This document shows, one piece after another, positions 1-9,322 of a stretch of 64,000 bases of DNA (the stretch's first letter is position 1; each line of letters starts with the position of its first letter). Both the position numbers and the translations under genes were made by a program. Origin of the DNA: Ilumatobacteraceae bacterium (lineage in GTDB: Bacteria > Actinomycetota > Acidimicrobiia > Acidimicrobiales > Ilumatobacteraceae); the NCBI GenBank assembly GCA_039920665.1, contig JBDSDH010000042.1:2532-66531 (forward strand), read 5' to 3'. The notes under the pieces are model-generated. The model worked only from the letters and a program-made list of their open reading frames with translations, had not been told where the DNA came from and searched no databases.

Positions 1-1095
1 CTCGGCATGCCCTCGGATATCGGCAAGCTCGCCCGCACCAAACTGCTGACCTGGCCCGGCAAGTTCCGTGCTGCCCTCGAACCGATCCTGCCCGCCACCG
101 GCGTTGCCCAGGATTCGGTCGGCAAGTTGATCCGCAAGCGGTTCGGCAGGCAGGTCCACGAGCGTCTCGTCGATCCCCTCGTGGGCAGTATCTACGCGGC
201 CGACACCGAGCACTTCAGCTTGTCCGGCGTCCCCCAGATCGAACAGCTGGCGATCAACAACCGCAGCTTGTTGATCGGCGCCCGCCGTACACGCGTCAAA
301 GCGGCCAAAACTGCGGGCACCACACCCGTCGGACCGATCTTCGCCACGCCGAATGCCGGTATGGCGACACTGACCAACGCCTTGGCAGACGTCCTCGCCG
401 AACGTGGCGTCGAGATCCGGCTCGGGACCACGGTCTCGCGACTGTACCGCGGCGACGTCGAGCGTGGACGATGGCTGATCGACGGAGAGCCTGCCGATGC
501 CGTTGTGTTGGCAACACCGGCCAAGCCGACCGGTCCGTTGCTGGCCGACGTCTCAGCCGAGGCTGCGGGGGCGCTCGCGTCGTACGTCCATGCCGGGGTC
601 GTGATGCTGACCCTGGCAATTCCGGCCTCCGACTGGCCAGAGTCGCTCCTGGGCTATTCGGGATATCTCGTCCCCAAACCGGTTCAGCAGTGGGTGACGG
701 CAGCGTCCTTCGCGACAGCGAAGTGGGATCACTGGCGCACCACCGCAGACGACACGTTCCTGTTGCGGATCTCGCTCGGCCGTGACGGTCGCGATCTCAC
801 CGGCGAGAGCGATGAAGCCCTGCTCGCTGCTGCAATCGCGGAAGTCGGTCACCATCTCGACATGACCCTGCATCCAACGGCGCACCGGATCACACGCTGG
901 CCGCTCGCGTTCCCCCAGTACCGACCGGGCCATGCCGCCAAGGTCGCCGCGATCGAAGCGGCGCTCGCTCGCGACGCAGCAGGGGTCTTCGTGGCTGGTG
1001 CGAGCTATCACGGGATCGGCATTCCGGCTTGTATCGCCCAGGCAAACGCCGTGGCCGACGCGGTGTCCGCTTTCCTGACAACTGTGGGAAACTGA
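1..1095 (+). CDS. hemY: Protoporphyrinogen / coproporphyrinogen III oxidase (HemY family), 5'-partial
   Basis: The frame is open to the window start. C-terminal motifs WPLAFPQYRPGH and GASYHGIGIPACI are typical of HemY-type oxidases. The N-terminal FAD-binding part lies outside the window. Confidence 0.8.
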   Translation, partial: LGMPSDIGKLARTKLLTWPGKFRAALEPILPATGVAQDSVGKLIRKRFGRQVHERLVDPLVGSIYAADTEHFSLSGVPQIEQLAINNRSLLIGARRTRVKAAKTAGTTPVGPIFATPNAGMATLTNALADVLAERGVEIRLGTTVSRLYRGDVERGRWLIDGEPADAVVLATPAKPTGPLLADVSAEAAGALASYVHAGVVMLTLAIPASDWPESLLGYSGYLVPKPVQQWVTAASFATAKWDHWRTTADDTFLLRISLGRDGRDLTGESDEALLAAAIAEVGHHLDMTLHPTAHRITRWPLAFPQYRPGHAAKVAAIEAALARDAAGVFVAGASYHGIGIPACIAQANAVADAVSAFLTTVGN

Positions 1096-1099
1096 CCCG

Positions 1100-1846
1100 A
1101 TGCGTGGTGTGCGGACCCGGCTGCTGGCAGTGACACTCGTCGGCGCGTCCCTGTTCGTGGCGTGCGGAGGCGACACCCAGGTGGCCACCGGCATCGTCGG
1201 CGTCCCGGTGATCACGGCGCCACCACCAGAGACCGACGCACCCACAACCACCGAGGCGGCCACCACCACGACCACCGCGACCACCGCGACCACCGAGGCT
1301 CCGACCACGACCCCCGAGACGGCCGCACCGACCACCGAGCCGGCGACCACCATCGCCGAGACGACAGTTCCGCCGACCACGATCCCGGAGACGGCGCCAG
1401 CCACGGCGCCGACTCCGATCGCTCCTCCGGCCGACACTCGCGGCCAGGAAGCGGTGATCGCACTCGGATCGATCGAGATCCCCAAGCTCGGCCTCAATGC
1501 CTCGATGTTCGAGGGCATCCGGCTGACCACGCTCGACCGCGGTCCCGGGCACTGGCCCGGCACGGCAATGCCCGGTTCAACCGGCAACGTCGTTGTCGCC
1601 GGCCACCGCACCAGCCACAGCAAGCCATTTCGGCACCTGGAGATGCTCGTACCCGGCGACGAAGTCATCTTCAACACTGCTGACGGCCGGTTCGTCTACG
1701 CCGTCACCAGTACCGAGATCGTCTACCCCGATGCCGTCCACATCATCGATCAGACCGCGGACCGCACGGCAACGCTGTTCGCCTGCCACCCCGTGGGCTC
1801 CACGAAGCAGCGGATCGTGATCCACCTCGCGATGGTCGGCGGCTGA
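1100..1846 (+). CDS. Sortase family transpeptidase (class E-like) with lipobox-type signal and Thr/Pro-rich linker
   Basis: The N-terminus LLAVTLVGASLFVACGG looks like a signal/lipobox and is followed by a long T/P/A/E linker. The catalytic core shows VVAGHRTSH and TLFACHP (TLxTC-type Cys), then a conserved Arg (KQRIVIHL). Confidence 0.85.
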   Translation: MRGVRTRLLAVTLVGASLFVACGGDTQVATGIVGVPVITAPPPETDAPTTTEAATTTTTATTATTEAPTTTPETAAPTTEPATTIAETTVPPTTIPETAPATAPTPIAPPADTRGQEAVIALGSIEIPKLGLNASMFEGIRLTTLDRGPGHWPGTAMPGSTGNVVVAGHRTSHSKPFRHLEMLVPGDEVIFNTADGRFVYAVTSTEIVYPDAVHIIDQTADRTATLFACHPVGSTKQRIVIHLAMVGG

Positions 1847-1935
1847 ACCGGCTCCAGCCCGCGGCTGCGCCACACCACTCAAACCGCCGGCGCGGCCCAC
1901 TGTCCACCGCCGCCGCACCGGTATCGTCAGCGTCC

Positions 1936-3543
1936 GTGCGCCGACCCCGACGACCTCGCAAGCAGGCGCTGTACGCATTCGGCGGCGGGCTGCTCGTCGC
2001 CCTCTCCCTGCCGCCGTGGGGTATCTGGCCGCTGGCGTTCGTCGGCATCATCCTGCTCGAACTGTCGCTCGGGTCGGCGCCGACGCGAGCCACCCGTTTC
2101 CGTTACGGCTGGTTGTTCGGTGCTGGCTGGTTGTACCCGGGCATGGTCTGGATGTGGTTCCTGACCGCACCGGGTTACGTGCTGGCGGCGGCGCTGTTCG
2201 CTGCGTTCCACGGGCTGGCGGCGATGATCGCACCGCCTGGCAACTGGCGGGTGATCGGGCGTCCGCTCGTGCACACCCTGGCCGAGGCACTGCGGTTCTG
2301 TTTCCCGTTCGGAGGCGTGCCGCTCGCCAGCCTGGCGATCAGTCAGAGCAGTGGTCCGTTCGTCGACGTGTCACGGGTCGGCGGGCCGGTGCTGCTCACC
2401 TGGCTGACGTTCCAGATCGGGTTCGCACTCGCCGGCCCATCCCCCGGCGTACCCCGCTTCGCTCGACGCCGCAGACCGGAAGCGCAAGGTGCCTCACACG
2501 GCATGCTCGGGCTGCTGGCCGTGGTCGCACTGCTCATCATCGCGGCCGTCGCGCCGTCAGGCGATGCGACCGACAAGAACCTGAAGGTCGCGATCGTCCA
2601 GGGTGGTGGGCCGCAGGGCACCCACGCCGTGAACGTCGTGCGCTGCGGCGCTGACGGCCAGATCGAGCCCGCCGGCGACGTGAGCGGATCGCGTTGCGTC
2701 ACCCTGCGCCAACTTGCGGCGACCAGCCAGTTGCAGCCGTCCGACGATCTCGACGTCGTCATCTGGCCAGAGAACGTGGTCGATGTCGAAGAGTTCAGCG
2801 CAAGCGTCGAGTTCGGCGAGATCGCAGCCGAGGCCGAGCGGTTGCACGCGACGTTTCTCGTCGGCGTCACCGAGGAGACCGGCGACAACCGGTTCACCAA
2901 TGCTCAGGTCGTCGTCACCCCGAACGGTGAGTACACCGGCCGCTACGACAAGGTGCGCCGGGTCCCCTTCGGCGAATACGTTCCGCTGCGGGGGTTGCTC
3001 GAAGCACTCGGCGCGCCAACCAACCTCGTGCCCCGCAACGCGGTGGCAGGCACGGATCCGGCCTACCTGTCGTTGCCCGATGGCACGCGGGTTGCGGTCG
3101 TGATCTCGTGGGAGGTGTTTTTCGGGGGTCGTGCTCGCGACGGCGTCAGCCACGGTGGCGAACTACTGATCAACCCGACCAACGGCAGCAGTTACACCTG
3201 GACGGTGCTCCAGACTCAACAGGTCGCGTCGTCGCGGCTGCGCGCGATCGAAACCGGTCGCTGGGTCGCCCAAGCTGCTCCGACCGGTTTCTCGGCATTC
3301 GTTTCGCCCAACGGCGATGTGTACGAACGCACCTCGGTGAGCGAGCAGGCCGTCATCACCCACACCGTCGAACTACGCACCGGCGACACCTGGTACGTGT
3401 CGCTCGGCGACAAGCCGTGGGTGGCGTTCGCTGCGGTGCTGTTGATCGTGGCGCTGTGGCGAAGCGGCTGGCGCCCGAAGTCGCGCCCTGTGAACCGCAC
3501 GGACGAGAGCGACTCGGCTACGACAGTTCCACCATCACTGTGA
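1936..3543 (+). CDS. lnt: Apolipoprotein N-acyltransferase
   Basis: A multi-TM N-terminal half is followed by a CN-hydrolase domain (KVAIVQGG, VIWPENV, VVISWEVFF) and a C-terminal TM helix. GTG start. Confidence 0.85.
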   Translation: MRRPRRPRKQALYAFGGGLLVALSLPPWGIWPLAFVGIILLELSLGSAPTRATRFRYGWLFGAGWLYPGMVWMWFLTAPGYVLAAALFAAFHGLAAMIAPPGNWRVIGRPLVHTLAEALRFCFPFGGVPLASLAISQSSGPFVDVSRVGGPVLLTWLTFQIGFALAGPSPGVPRFARRRRPEAQGASHGMLGLLAVVALLIIAAVAPSGDATDKNLKVAIVQGGGPQGTHAVNVVRCGADGQIEPAGDVSGSRCVTLRQLAATSQLQPSDDLDVVIWPENVVDVEEFSASVEFGEIAAEAERLHATFLVGVTEETGDNRFTNAQVVVTPNGEYTGRYDKVRRVPFGEYVPLRGLLEALGAPTNLVPRNAVAGTDPAYLSLPDGTRVAVVISWEVFFGGRARDGVSHGGELLINPTNGSSYTWTVLQTQQVASSRLRAIETGRWVAQAAPTGFSAFVSPNGDVYERTSVSEQAVITHTVELRTGDTWYVSLGDKPWVAFAAVLLIVALWRSGWRPKSRPVNRTDESDSATTVPPSL

Positions 3544-3958
3544 CGGGCCCGTCATTGGTGAGCGACACCAGCATGTCGGTCCGGAATCGGCCGGTCGCGA
3601 CCGTGGCACCGAGCCGCCGGAGTTCGGCGATCACGACTTCGACGAGCGGCTCGGCCACTTCGGGGCGGGCAGCGGCGATGTAGCTCGGACGGCGCCCTGC
3701 GGACGTGTCGGCATACAGCGTGAACTGGCTGACGATGAGCACTTCCTGGGTCGTGTCGGCGACCGAACGGTTCATCACGCCGTTGTCGTCGTCGAAGATC
3801 CGCACGTTCCAGATCTTGTCGGCCAGCTTGCGGGCGATGGCTTCGGTGTCACCGTGGGTGACGCCGACCAGCACGCAGAGTCCGCCACCGATCGCGCCAA
3901 CCACCTCGCCCGCGACCGTCACCGACGCCTCTCGAACCCGCTGCACCAAACCACGCAT
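3518..3958 (-). CDS. dtd: D-aminoacyl-tRNA deacylase
   Basis: Full-length match to Dtd hallmarks: MRGLVQRV..., SQFTLYADT, GRRPS, NDGPVT. The 3' end overlaps lnt convergently by 26 bp. Confidence 0.95.
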   Translation of the reverse strand: MRGLVQRVREASVTVAGEVVGAIGGGLCVLVGVTHGDTEAIARKLADKIWNVRIFDDDNGVMNRSVADTTQEVLIVSQFTLYADTSAGRRPSYIAAARPEVAEPLVEVVIAELRRLGATVATGRFRTDMLVSLTNDGPVTVMVELS

Positions 3959-3959
3959 C

Positions 3960-4516
3960 CGCCCATCTTGCCCGTTGCGATGAGCAGGGCAACGTCCAGG
4001 ATCTGCTGCAGCACCCAGGACGCAACGTGTCGTCCTCCGGCGCTCGGACGAGCCCCGCAGCCCACGTGACCATGACGGCGGTTGAAGTCATCGTCCAATC
4101 GGCGAAGAGCAATCCCGCCAACGACCCTCTCGCCGTCGACGATCCAACGGGATGCGCAGAACTCCTCCGACGCCCGCGACGCACGCTACAGAACGGCGAA
4201 TCCGCGCTCGTCCATCGGCAGAAGTGGTCAGGGTCAGTCGATCTCGACGGTGCGCCACCTGATGTTCTCCGCGTCGAGGATCTCTGGCAGGACACCTCGG
4301 GCAGCGAGAGCAGGCTCCGTATCGCCGTCGCCTGATGAGGGGCATCGAGACCAGGAAACGGCCCCGAGAGATGACCCCGGCTCCGCCGACGGCGGCCCGG
4401 CAGGCCCGGTAGTACCAAGACGTCGTGGTGTGGCGCCGGCCTTCCCCGACGAGGCCGACGAGGCCGTCTTCGATGAGGAGCCGGTCATCGAGGATGATCG
4501 TGGGGACGAGTGCCAC
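3960..4516 (-). pseudogene. Broken coding remnants: a toxin/PIN-like start, then frame changes, then a GNAT-like motif in another frame
   Basis: A GTG at 4516 opens a strongly GC3-biased frame (VALVPTIILDDRLLIEDGLVGLVGEG...). The bias collapses near 4340 and reappears in a second frame (...GVLPEILDAENIRWRTVEID, stop 4234). Further down that frame, after stops, reads WIVDGERVVGGIALRRLDDD...AGGRHVASWVLQQILDVA, which resembles GNAT motif A. No frame is intact across the interval. Confidence 0.3.
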
Positions 4517-4672
4517 TTACTGATCGGTCAGGGCTGGGTCCTCGATGCCGGCGAGGCCAGCCTCGTAGCGGTCTCGGAGCACGTGGCGGAGTTCGCGGCG
4601 TGCTGTCTGCATGTCGCCAGGGATGATCAGGGCGGCATCGCCGAGATCGAAACGTGCAGTGCCATCGGCCAT
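4517..4672 (-). CDS. Small ORF (51 aa), possible antitoxin-like partner of the broken downstream ORF
   Basis: ATG at 4672 gives MADGTARFDLGDAALIIPGDMQTARRELRHVLRDRYEAGLAGIEDPALTDQ. Its TAA stop (4517-4519) directly abuts the GTG at 4516. GC3 bias is moderate and I recognise no family. Confidence 0.25.
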   Translation of the reverse strand: MADGTARFDLGDAALIIPGDMQTARRELRHVLRDRYEAGLAGIEDPALTDQ

Positions 4673-4740
4673 GTCGGTCGCCAGAATCTCGCGCTGCAAG
4701 AACGGCTGCGTCGCCGTTCTTCGACCGCCAGAATGGTCGG

Positions 4741-5559
4741 GTGACGATCGAATTGCGGGCTGGCTCCGCGAGCTGCACCATCGCCCCACTCGACGGCGGA
4801 CGGATCTCGTCACTGCGCGTCGACGATCGCGAGATACTTGTGCCCCGGCTTGCCGAGCACCCGCCGATGTTCGGCGGGAGCTTCCCGATGGTGCCGTGGG
4901 CAGGCCGCATTCGCGACGGTCGGTTCAGCTTCGACGGCAATCACTACCAACTCGAACTCGGCCTGCCGCCGCATGCGATTCACGGCACCGTATACACCGC
5001 GCCGTGGCGGGTCGGCACGGTCGGCAACGATTTCGCCGAACTCTCGTGCCCCACCGGCAGCAGCTGGCCGTTTGGCGGGATGGTCCGTCAGCGTTTCGAA
5101 CTCACCTCGGACGAGATCCGGTGCACGTTGTCGATCACCGCTGACGAGCAGGCAATGCCCGCCCAGGTCGGCTGGCATCCGTGGTTTCCGAAGCCGCATT
5201 CGGCCGATGTCGCCTTCGCGTCGATGTTCGAGCGCGATGAGCACGGCATACCGAACGGGCTGATGATCGCGGTGCCGACAGGTCCGGTCGACGACTGTTT
5301 CATCGAGCCGCAGGGTCCGCTGCGGTTGCACTACGACGATCTGACGATTGAGATCGCGAGCGACTGTGACCACTGGGTCGTGTTCAGCGCCCTCGAAGAT
5401 GTGTTCTGCATCGAGCCCCAGAGTGGCGCGCCAAATGCCGTCAACGGGCCGGTATCGCAGCGCATCGAACCAGGTCAAACGCTGGAACGATGGATGACCA
5501 TCGGCTGGCAGCCGTTGTTACATGTTCACGAAACACTTGTGCCGGATACCGACCGGTAA
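4741..5559 (+). CDS. Aldose 1-epimerase family protein
   Basis: Motifs GGRISSLRVDDREILV, PWAGRIRDGRFSFDGNHYQL and HAIHGTVYTAPW are galactose-mutarotase-like. I chose the internal GTG at 4741 over the long upstream ORF extension. Confidence 0.8.
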   Translation: MTIELRAGSASCTIAPLDGGRISSLRVDDREILVPRLAEHPPMFGGSFPMVPWAGRIRDGRFSFDGNHYQLELGLPPHAIHGTVYTAPWRVGTVGNDFAELSCPTGSSWPFGGMVRQRFELTSDEIRCTLSITADEQAMPAQVGWHPWFPKPHSADVAFASMFERDEHGIPNGLMIAVPTGPVDDCFIEPQGPLRLHYDDLTIEIASDCDHWVVFSALEDVFCIEPQSGAPNAVNGPVSQRIEPGQTLERWMTIGWQPLLHVHETLVPDTDR

Positions 5560-5584
5560 TGGCCGCCAGATAGCGTTCTTTCTC

Positions 5585-6895
5585 ATGTCTTCAGCGATGG
5601 ACCCGGACGGGCCCCTCCGCATTGCCTATCTCACCTACCGGGGCAAGCCCAACGTAGGCGGACAGGGCGTGTACACCCGCCACCTCACCAGGGCCCTGGC
5701 CGATCTCGGTCATTCGATCGAGGTGTTCGCCGGCCAGCCCTACCCGATCCTCGACGACCGGGTACCGATGCACAAGCTGCCCAGCCTCGACATCTTCAAC
5801 GACCAGTATCCGGGCCGGCTGCCTGCGTACTGGGAGATGAAGAGCAAGGAAGACGTGCTCGAAACCGCGCAGTACCTGACCGGCACGTTCAGCGAGCCGC
5901 TCGCATTCAGCGCGCGGGCGTACAAGGAACTGAAGCAGCGCACGCGCGACTTCGACCTGGTTCACGACAATCAGTGCCTCGGGTACAGCATCTTGTCGAT
6001 CGAGAAGATCATCCCGACCATCGTCACCCTGCACCACCCGATCACCAAGGACCGCGAGCTCGAGATGAGCCATGCTGCCAACTGGCGCAAGCGTCGCAGC
6101 GTCGGCCGCTGGTATGGCTTCGTCAAGATGCAGGGTCGGGTCGCGAGCCGTCTCCCCCGCATCGTCGTGGTCAGCGAGAACAGCATCAAGGACATCAACG
6201 CCGACATGGGCGTCAGCCTCGATCGAATGCGGCTGGTGCCGGTCGGCGTCGACCCGGATCTGTTCAAGCCGCATCCCGAGGTCACCCGAATCCCGGGTCG
6301 AATGATCACCACTGCGTCTGCCGACGTCGCTCTCAAGGGACTGTCGTACCTGCTTGAGGCGATGGCCAAGTTGCGCACCGAGCGCGATGTCACGCTCACC
6401 ATCATCGGCAAGCCACGCACCGGACACAGCAGCGATCTCATCGATCGGCTCGGTCTGCGTCCGCACATCAACTTCGTCAGCGGCGTCACCGACGAACGCA
6501 TCGTCGAGCTCTATGCAGAGGCCGAACTGGCCGTTGTGCCGAGCCTCTACGAGGGTTTCAGCCTGCCTGCGATCGAGGCGATGTGCACCGGCACGCCACT
6601 CGTCGCGACCGACGGCGGTGCGCTGCCGGAGGTGACGGGCAAAGACGGCGAGACCGTGTTCCAGTGCAAGGCCGGTGATGCCGAAGGCCTCGCCGCGCAG
6701 ATCCGTCTTGCGCTCGACAACCCCGAGCTGCGGGCCAGGATCGGCGAAGCCGGCCGCCAGCGGGTGGTCGAGCGTTGGAGCTGGAAGCACTGCGCCAAGC
6801 TCACTGTCGATCAATACCGCGAGGTGCTGGCCATGCCGGCCAACATCGCCAAGCTGCGCAAGAACGGCCGGCTCAAGCCCGGCCAGGTGAACTGA
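5585..6895 (+). CDS. Glycosyltransferase family 4 (GT-B)
   Basis: N-terminal RIAYLTYRGKPNVGGQGVYTRHL and C-terminal EGFSLPAIEAMCTGTPLVATDGGALPEV (E-x7-E region). The start is the internal ATG at 5585. Confidence 0.9.
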   Translation: MSSAMDPDGPLRIAYLTYRGKPNVGGQGVYTRHLTRALADLGHSIEVFAGQPYPILDDRVPMHKLPSLDIFNDQYPGRLPAYWEMKSKEDVLETAQYLTGTFSEPLAFSARAYKELKQRTRDFDLVHDNQCLGYSILSIEKIIPTIVTLHHPITKDRELEMSHAANWRKRRSVGRWYGFVKMQGRVASRLPRIVVVSENSIKDINADMGVSLDRMRLVPVGVDPDLFKPHPEVTRIPGRMITTASADVALKGLSYLLEAMAKLRTERDVTLTIIGKPRTGHSSDLIDRLGLRPHINFVSGVTDERIVELYAEAELAVVPSLYEGFSLPAIEAMCTGTPLVATDGGALPEVTGKDGETVFQCKAGDAEGLAAQIRLALDNPELRARIGEAGRQRVVERWSWKHCAKLTVDQYREVLAMPANIAKLRKNGRLKPGQVN

Positions 6896-6897
6896 GC

Positions 6898-7671
6898 ATG
6901 CTCACCATTCGATTCGATCAACTGGGTCTCCGCGAAGGCGATCTCGTGCTCGACGTCGGTGCCGGTTTCGGCCGCCACTGCTTCGAGGTCGCGCGTCGCG
7001 GTGGCCGCGTCGTCGCGCTCGACTACGCCGCCGACGAAGTTCTCGGCACCCGAGCGACCCTCGGTGGGATGGTCGATGCCGGCGAGATCTCGATCGACAA
7101 CTACGTCGGGGTGCTCCGTGGCGATGCGACCCGTCTGCCGTTCGAGGACAACACCTTCGACCGTGTGATCACGAGCGAAGTGCTCGAACACATCCAGAAC
7201 GACGTCGGCGCGATCACCGAGATGGTGCGGGTCCTCAAGCCGGGCGGCACGTTCGCCGGCACCGTGCCGACCTGGTTCCCGGAGAAGATCAACTGGATGC
7301 TCAGCGATGACTATCACGCTCCGAAGTCGGTCGGCGGCCATGTCCGCATCTACAGCGAGACCGAACTCAAGGCCAAGCTGCGCTCGGCCGGCCTCGAGGT
7401 GACAGCCAGCCATCACGCCCACGCCCTCCACTCGCCGTACTGGTGGTTGAAGTGTGCAGTCGGGCCGCGTCGCGAGGACAGCAAGGCCGTCAACGCCTAC
7501 AAGAAGTTCCTCGAATGGGACATCATCAAGCAGCCCAAGATCACTCACTACGCCGACAAGGTCCTCAACCCGCTGCTCGGCAAGAGTCTCGCCGTGTATG
7601 CAACGAAGCCGCTCCTGATCACCGATGCAGCGGCAACCACCGAGCGAGCCGCTGCCGGAGCGACGGCGTGA
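6898..7671 (+). CDS. Class I SAM-dependent methyltransferase
   Basis: SAM motif I VLDVGAGFGRH, VVALDY and LKPGG. The ATG lies 3 nt after the GT4 stop. Confidence 0.9.
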   Translation: MLTIRFDQLGLREGDLVLDVGAGFGRHCFEVARRGGRVVALDYAADEVLGTRATLGGMVDAGEISIDNYVGVLRGDATRLPFEDNTFDRVITSEVLEHIQNDVGAITEMVRVLKPGGTFAGTVPTWFPEKINWMLSDDYHAPKSVGGHVRIYSETELKAKLRSAGLEVTASHHAHALHSPYWWLKCAVGPRREDSKAVNAYKKFLEWDIIKQPKITHYADKVLNPLLGKSLAVYATKPLLITDAAATTERAAAGATA

Positions 7672-8699
7672 GTCGTCTGCCCGATCTCGACGGCGTGATC
7701 TCCGCCGACGAAGTCGCGGAGACCGCCGAGTCGATCGCGTCGTTGCAGCTCGACACCGGCATGATCCCGTGGTTCCCCGATGGTCACTGTGACCCGTGGA
7801 ACCATGTCGAAACCGCGATGGCGCTCGACATCGCTGGAATGCACAACCACGCCGAGCGGGCGTACGAGTGGTTGGTCGGCATCCAGGGCGATGAGGGTTC
7901 GTGGAACAACTACTACCTACCCGATGGCAGCATCGAGGATGTCAAGCTCGACACCAATGTCTGCGCATATGTCGCCACCGGCGTGTGGCACCACTGGCTC
8001 TGCACCTGGGACCGAGGTTTCATCGATCATCTCTGGCCGACCGTTGAACGTGCGCTGGATTGGGTCATGTCGATGCGTCGGCCCGACGGCACGGTGTTGT
8101 GGGCCGTCGAACCCGATGCCAAGCCGTGGGACTACGCATTGCTCACCGGCAGCAGCAGCATCATGCATTCGCTGCAGTGCGGGACCAAGCTGGCCGAGCT
8201 GATCAACGAGCCCCGTCCGGAGTGGGTCGTTGCGGCGAACGTTCTGCGCGACGTCATCTCCAGTCAGTTCGACACCGCGTTCGAGCCCAAGACTCGCTGG
8301 GCGATGGACTGGTATTACCCGGTGCTCGCCGGGGCGATGACGGGCGAGCAGGCCAAGGCTCGGATGAACGACGGTTGGGACACGTTCGCGATGGAAGGTC
8401 GAGGCATCCGCTGCGTGAGCGACGAGCCGTGGGTCACCGCGTCCGAAACCGCCGAATGCTCGCTGTCGTTCACCGCGATCGGCGATGTCGCCACCGCCAC
8501 CGATCTGCTGGCCTGGACCCGAGCCCATCGCTGCGATGACGGGGCGTACAGCACCGGCATCGTCTATCCCTCGCTCGAACGATTCCCCACCGGAGAGCGC
8601 TCGGCCTACACCGGCGCCGCAGTCATCCTCGCCGCCGATGCGATCACCGGCGCATCGGCCGGCAGCAAGCTGTTCGTGCCCGCCGCCGTCGTCAGCTGA
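7668..8699 (+). CDS. Prenyltransferase / squalene-oxidase-repeat-like (alpha/alpha-toroid) protein
   Basis: The GTG at 7668 overlaps the methyltransferase stop (GTGA). The sequence is rich in Trp/aromatic repeats (GMIPWFPDGHCDPWNHVETAMAL, EGSWNNYY, DGTVLWAV, DGAYSTG), as in terpenoid-cyclase/prenyltransferase-fold proteins. Confidence 0.6.
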   Translation: MSRLPDLDGVISADEVAETAESIASLQLDTGMIPWFPDGHCDPWNHVETAMALDIAGMHNHAERAYEWLVGIQGDEGSWNNYYLPDGSIEDVKLDTNVCAYVATGVWHHWLCTWDRGFIDHLWPTVERALDWVMSMRRPDGTVLWAVEPDAKPWDYALLTGSSSIMHSLQCGTKLAELINEPRPEWVVAANVLRDVISSQFDTAFEPKTRWAMDWYYPVLAGAMTGEQAKARMNDGWDTFAMEGRGIRCVSDEPWVTASETAECSLSFTAIGDVATATDLLAWTRAHRCDDGAYSTGIVYPSLERFPTGERSAYTGAAVILAADAITGASAGSKLFVPAAVVS

Positions 8700-8742
8700 C
8701 GACGTGATCCAACGACGGCGGCGGGGCCGCTAGTCTCCGGCG

Positions 8743-9315
8743 ATGCTGCAATTCCGGGTCGCCGGTGAAGTGACTCGCCTGGCGATCGCCAACGCAACGC
8801 GAGTCTCGGCCGGTTCGACACGCCGTCTGCTGGGGGCGGGCGCGGGCATGCTCGGCGAGCTGGTTTCCGAGCTGACGTCCTCGCGACCTGGGGGCGAGGT
8901 GTACGACAACGACGTCCGCACCCCACGGTGGGTGACCGATCTCGGAGACGCCATCTGGAAGGGCTCGGTCAAGGTCGCGTTCGAGGACGTCGAAACGATC
9001 GCTGCTGTGAGCCACGCGAGTGTCGATGGATCCACCCCCGTTGCGATCGGCGGCGACCGCACCACCATCACCGGAAACCTGTCGCTGTACGAGCATGAGA
9101 TCGTGTTCAGCCCCCACGAATCGTGGCAGCGCCGCGGGATCGACGTGATCGCGGTCCACACCGATCAGCCGATCGAGGTGTCAGGGATGACCGAGGGTGA
9201 TGGTGGACGACGGGCGCTCGTCATCAACCTGCGCGGGGCGGGTACCAAGATCGTGTTCCGCCTCGGCGTCTTGAACGGCAAACTCGCGGAGATCATCGCC
9301 GATCGACTCGGCTGA
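8743..9315 (+). CDS. Hypothetical protein
   Basis: Intact 190-aa ORF with genome-typical GC3 bias. I recognise no motif. Confidence 0.5.
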   Translation: MLQFRVAGEVTRLAIANATRVSAGSTRRLLGAGAGMLGELVSELTSSRPGGEVYDNDVRTPRWVTDLGDAIWKGSVKVAFEDVETIAAVSHASVDGSTPVAIGGDRTTITGNLSLYEHEIVFSPHESWQRRGIDVIAVHTDQPIEVSGMTEGDGGRRALVINLRGAGTKIVFRLGVLNGKLAEIIADRLG

Positions 9316-9322
9316 ACGCACC

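Noticed and set aside
553-1677. Long antisense or alternative-frame ORFs in the six-frame track. Examples: 553-1677(-), 5591-6814(-), 10206-11195(-), 18049-19233(-), 31310-32491(-), 41076-43058(+), 48317-49405(-), 56497-57972(-), 58660-59838(+).
   Set aside because: All lie fully inside or opposite genes with clear family motifs. Their translations are Arg/Gly/Pro/Ala-rich with no motifs, and they lack the third-position GC bias of the accepted frame. They are the usual high-GC stop-codon-poor artefact.
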